Positions 60,250 to 64,000 of a stretch of 64,000 nucleotides of DNA are shown piece after piece; position 1 is the stretch's first letter, and each line of letters starts with the position of its first letter. Source of the DNA: Vicugna vicugna (lineage: Eukaryota); contig MU061827.1 in assembly GCA_013265495.1 (NCBI GenBank), positions 1,976,782 to 2,040,781 of the forward strand, given 5' to 3'. Both the position numbers and the translations under genes were made by a program. The notes beneath the pieces were generated by a model, which was given only the letters and a program-made list of their open reading frames with translations, did no database searches and was not told the DNA's origin.

Positions 60250-60770
60250 AAGAGAATTAAGAACACACGTCTACACAAAATACCTGTATACGGACATCTG
60301 TAGCAGCTTATTCATAACAGCCAAAAAAATGGCAACCCAAACATCCATCAGCTGATGAATGGGTAAATGAAATGTGGTCTATCCACATGATGGAATATTA
60401 CTCAGCCACAGAAAGGAACGAAGTACTAATACATGCTACAACATGGATGAACCCTGAAAACATTATAATGCCAACACATTATAAGGCCAGACACAAAGGT
60501 CACATACAGTATGATTCTGTTTATATGCAATGTCCGGAATAGGCAAATCCATAGAGATAGAAAATAGATTAGCGGTTGCCTGGGGCTGGAGGGAAAAGGA
60601 GGAATGGGGAATGACTGTGAATAGATAAAGGGTTTCTTTTTGGGGTGATGAAAATGTACTAGAACTTGACATGACAGAGGTGATGGTTGCACATATCTGT
60701 GAATATGCATTGAACTGTACCCTTTAAAATGGTGACTTTCAGGGTATCAGAATCATATCTCAATAGACAG
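60250..60770 (+). mobile_element. L1MB-like 3' fragment
   Basis: gcagcttattcataacagcc...atggaatattactcagcc...aggcaaatccatagagatagaaaatagattagcggttgcc. Confidence 0.8.
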
Positions 60771-62265
60771 AAGAGGAAAATAAACATGTCAGCACCCATC
60801 CAGAGCACTCTCACTCCCTTACATGCCTTCCTGAGTGGAACGAGAGAGAGTTAAGGCCGAGACGTCGGCATGACCCTAGGAGTGGGTGGGGTTCGGTGCT
60901 CGTGGACGTCAGCTGTCACGTCAGTCTGCGTCAAGGCAGGAAAAAGGTAGAGAGTCACGGACAAGAGCCTGGCCCCTGGGGTCTCCTCCAACGTACATCC
61001 AGCCTCCAATTCTAATTTTTGCCATTTAGTGAAACCACGAGTCAAACAACCTAGTTTGTGTACTATGTTATGATTTAGGACAATCTATGTTCTGCCCAGT
61101 TCTAGAAGGGATGGGAGACTGGCTAACCACCATCAGGAGAGAGAGCTCCTCCCCCAGTCCCAGTGTGGTGAGTGCTACCCTGCGTAGAGATGCGGGGAGG
61201 AGCAGGCGTGATGCTTGCGGTCCAGTGGGGGAAAGGGCTGAGTATGCAGCCTTCACAAAGTCTTTCTGCACTCATGCTTTACCTGGTCTTCAGAACAGCC
61301 CTGTAACATAAGACTCCCTTCTCTTCCACTGCACAGATGAGAGAACTGAGGCTCAAAAAGAGCAGCAAACTACCCTCGCCCCTTCCTTTTATCAGTGGCA
61401 GAACCAGGATTAGAACCTAAGTCATCTGAAATAACATCACCCCATGCACCAGGGGAATCAAGCCCAGGGCTGGCTCCTGCCCCGGGTTCTCCGTTCTGGC
61501 CCCAGAGGCTGAGCTACACCATCCCTTGTGGCACTTTGTTAATGAATACAAAGCTTCCTTGTATGGAGCTGCTGGTAGCCAGAGTTCTGCTTCTTTAAGG
61601 CAAGTGTTAATTAGAAAGGAGTACAGTGAATTGGGGAAAGCTCATGCACCCCCACTGCCCCTTTAAAATGGAATATTTGGATTAGAGCAAGATTTCTAAG
61701 AGGTTTCAGCATGTTTTACAGGGCCAGACAGAATTTTCAGTAACCGTTTATTTTCTTGCTCCATAGTTTAACTCCAAATCTCATTCCAGAGGATGCTGCT
61801 TCAGAGAGTAGCACGAACACTTGAGTGGAAAGAAAATTTAGGACTGAAGTCAAGGCCATCTCGTAAATGGGAAGGAAGTCAGTTCTTTGGGTTCACACGA
61901 CTCTGCCGGAGTGCAAGAGCCTGGTCTGGACAACCCAGACTCATAATTTCTGCGCTTTTAGCACCTATGAATCCCTTTAACTGCAGGTCAGGTGCTGCAT
62001 TTTTGCAGCCTGGCAACTAATCAAGCCTGAAGGACATGCTACCACTTGTGAAAGCAGGGAGAACCAGTTAGACCAATAGGGCACATGCCCTGGAAAAGGC
62101 CACCCTTTCCGTGTGTCTGTGTTTCTCAACAGCAAGACAGAACATGGTTCAAACCTTTCAAACTCTGGCGTGAGAGGGCTGGATAAAAATTTAACATACA
62201 TGCATCATTATGCAGGATGCAACCCAATCAGCCATGGTCAGAACAAGGCCGCATCACAGGCTTAC

Positions 62266-62422
62266 CGTCGCGTTTCCTGTAGATGCCGGATAATGGCTTC
62301 CCCTGGCATTTGACCTCGTGATGTGCAACTGAGTTCTCTTCCTGAAGGGGGGAACGCATTCCAGAGCATTTGTTCGGGCTCATGTAGGTATAGATCTTTG
62401 ATTGCCCGGTAAACACGTTCTC
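62266..62422 (-). CDS. KMT5A: KMT5A coding exon (exon 3)
   Basis: ttttAG acceptor and G|GTAAGC donor; 157 bp; ENVFTGQSKIYTYMSPNKCSGMRSPLQEENSVAHHEVKCQGKPLSGIYRKRD. The six exons sum to 927 bp = 308 aa plus stop. Confidence 0.96.
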
Positions 62423-63299
62423 CTAAAACGACAAACGCATATTCTGAAAGAGGCTTCAAAAAGAAGAAGATCTCACAGCATTTAAGCAAAGAAGGGGCAA
62501 TCAGGATACAATCCACAAAAAAACAGACAACGTCGCTCAAAAACTGGGCTACCAGGGGAAGCCAGGCCCAGTAGAGCAGTGGAGAGCCTAGAATNNNNNN
62601 NNNNNNNNNNNNNGGTCCAAGTCGGTCTCTAATTCCAGTCGCTGAGGCGGGGCGTCTGGCCAGGGGGAGAACCAGTTGTCCACAAAGGTCTATATGAGAA
62701 GGAGGTAACCCACCAGTCTCCGGGAGGTCAGAACAAGCAGGGTAAACAAGGCTGGGATCTGAAGGGCCGGCCTCTGCGCAGGAGCTGACTGCCCTGGCAG
62801 GAGTTTCTAGCACAGAGACAGGTCTCAGAGAACCTGACTGACCACTTCTCGGTGGTGAGGTCAGCCGGTAGGACTTGCCATTACTGCCCCAGCCTTCTGT
62901 GTGCCCAAGCCAGGCCCCCCTTAAATCCTCCCAGGGCTGCGGACTGGACTGTGGTTTTGATAATTCTCGTCGGCTAACTGGGGACTGCAGAGCTAGTGAA
63001 AGCAACGCCTAGGGCCAGCGCGTTTAGGGCGGTCGCTATTGCGGTGGGCAGGCAGGTGGGGCGGTACAGGTCACTGCCGGTGTCTCTGGGTGTGGGGCCT
63101 CTCCTCTGAGTAAGTGCAGACCGGAGGAGGGCTTTCCCAGAAACACTGCTGGGCCTTTCTGCCTGGTGAGCCATTGAACACCAAGTCAGCGAGACCCGTG
63201 ACCTCCTTGAGGGCCCCGGGCAGGCCCCGCACACTCTGGGAAGGCAGCCACCGGGGTGGCTGGGTCTCGGGGCATGGAAATGCCATAAAGACACAAACT

Positions 63300-64000
63300 T
63301 TTCCGAGGTCGAACATTGCCAGGGTCATGGCGGAGCGAGTGTGGACGCCACTCCCAGGCAGGCAGCAGAAAAGGAAGCTGCCCGGCCGGGCGCCCCGCCC
63401 GCACCCCCGCCCCAGGGCTGCGGGCGCGCCCACGTGCTCTCGGAGCCGGGCCGGCGGGGGCGCCCGGCCGCAAGGCCCCTCGGGNNNNNNNNNNNNNNNN
63501 NNNNNNNNNNNNNNNNNNNNNNNNNNNNNNNNNNNNNNNNNNNNNNNNNNNNNNNNNNNNNNNNNNNNNNNNNNNNNNNNNNNNNNNNNNNNNNNNNNNN
63601 NNNNNNNNNNNNNNNNNNNNNNNNNNNNNNNNNNNNNNNNNNNNNNNNNNNNNNNNNNNNNNNNNNNNNNNNNNNNNNNNNNNNNNNNNNNNNNNNNNNN
63701 NNNNNNNNNNNNNNNNNNNNNNNNNNNNNNNNNNNNNNNNNNNNNNNNNNNNNNNNNNNNNNNNNNNNNNNNNNNNNNNNNNNNNNNNNNNNNNNNNNNN
63801 NNNNNNNNNNNNNNNNNNNNNNNNNNNNNNNNNNNNNNNNNNNNNNNNNNNNNNNNNNNNNNNNNNNNNNNNNNNNNNNNNNNNNNNNNNNNNNNNNNNN
63901 NNNNNNNNNNNNNNNNNNNNNNNNNNNNNNNGCCTGCGAGGCTGGGCCCGGCACCGCGCGCCGCGGCAGCCCCCGCCTGCCCGGGACCGAGGACGCAGGG
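63300..64000. promoter_or_regulatory. KMT5A CpG island; canonical exon 2 probably hidden in gap 63485-63931
   Basis: Very GC/CpG-rich flanks, GC boxes 63393-63413, E-box CACGTG 63431-63436. The distance from exon 3 fits the about 1.1 kb human intron 2 as I recall it. Confidence 0.65.

Noticed and set aside
62420-62425. NAGNAG acceptor (TAG GAG) at KMT5A exon 3
   Set aside because: GAG acceptors are rarely used and the TAG gives the expected 157-bp exon.
62262-63005. 247-aa minus-strand ORF
   Set aside because: Intronic, spans an N-gap, overlaps KMT5A exon 3 in a different frame and has no recognisable homology.
1-64000. Prokaryotic systems (CRISPR arrays, operons, defence islands, rRNA)
   Set aside because: None seen; this is spliced mammalian DNA.

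Overview
Mammalian (eutherian) genomic DNA, not prokaryotic. Five tRNA-derived SINEs of the camelid Vic-1 type suggest a camel or alpaca short-read assembly, with 11 N-gaps. Gene order matches human 12q24.31 as I recall it: the last four coding exons of RILPL1 (+, 392-17976), SNRNP35 (-, single coding exon 21362-22102 plus an upstream non-coding exon in a CpG island), complete RILPL2 (+, 4 coding exons, 32107-47545, 212 aa) and the last six coding exons of KMT5A/SETD8 (-, 62422-52306; its exon 2 probably lies in the 63485-63931 gap). All reconstructed introns are GT-AG and the frames join cleanly. The rest is mostly old interspersed repeats (L1, L2, MIR, MaLR/ERVL/ERV1 LTRs, hAT and Tigger elements). 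I see no wholly new biological system. The best leads are isoform-level: a strong 11-nt frame-shifting microexon candidate and a probable alternative terminal exon in the last RILPL1 intron, a candidate alternative first coding exon of KMT5A, a solo ERV1-type LTR carrying NF-kB/ETS/CCAAT motifs between two promoters, a weak SNRNP35 poly(A) signal that may cause 3' overlap with RILPL1, and an A-X-B-A'-B' local duplication. Repeat subfamily names and human comparisons are from memory and need database confirmation.
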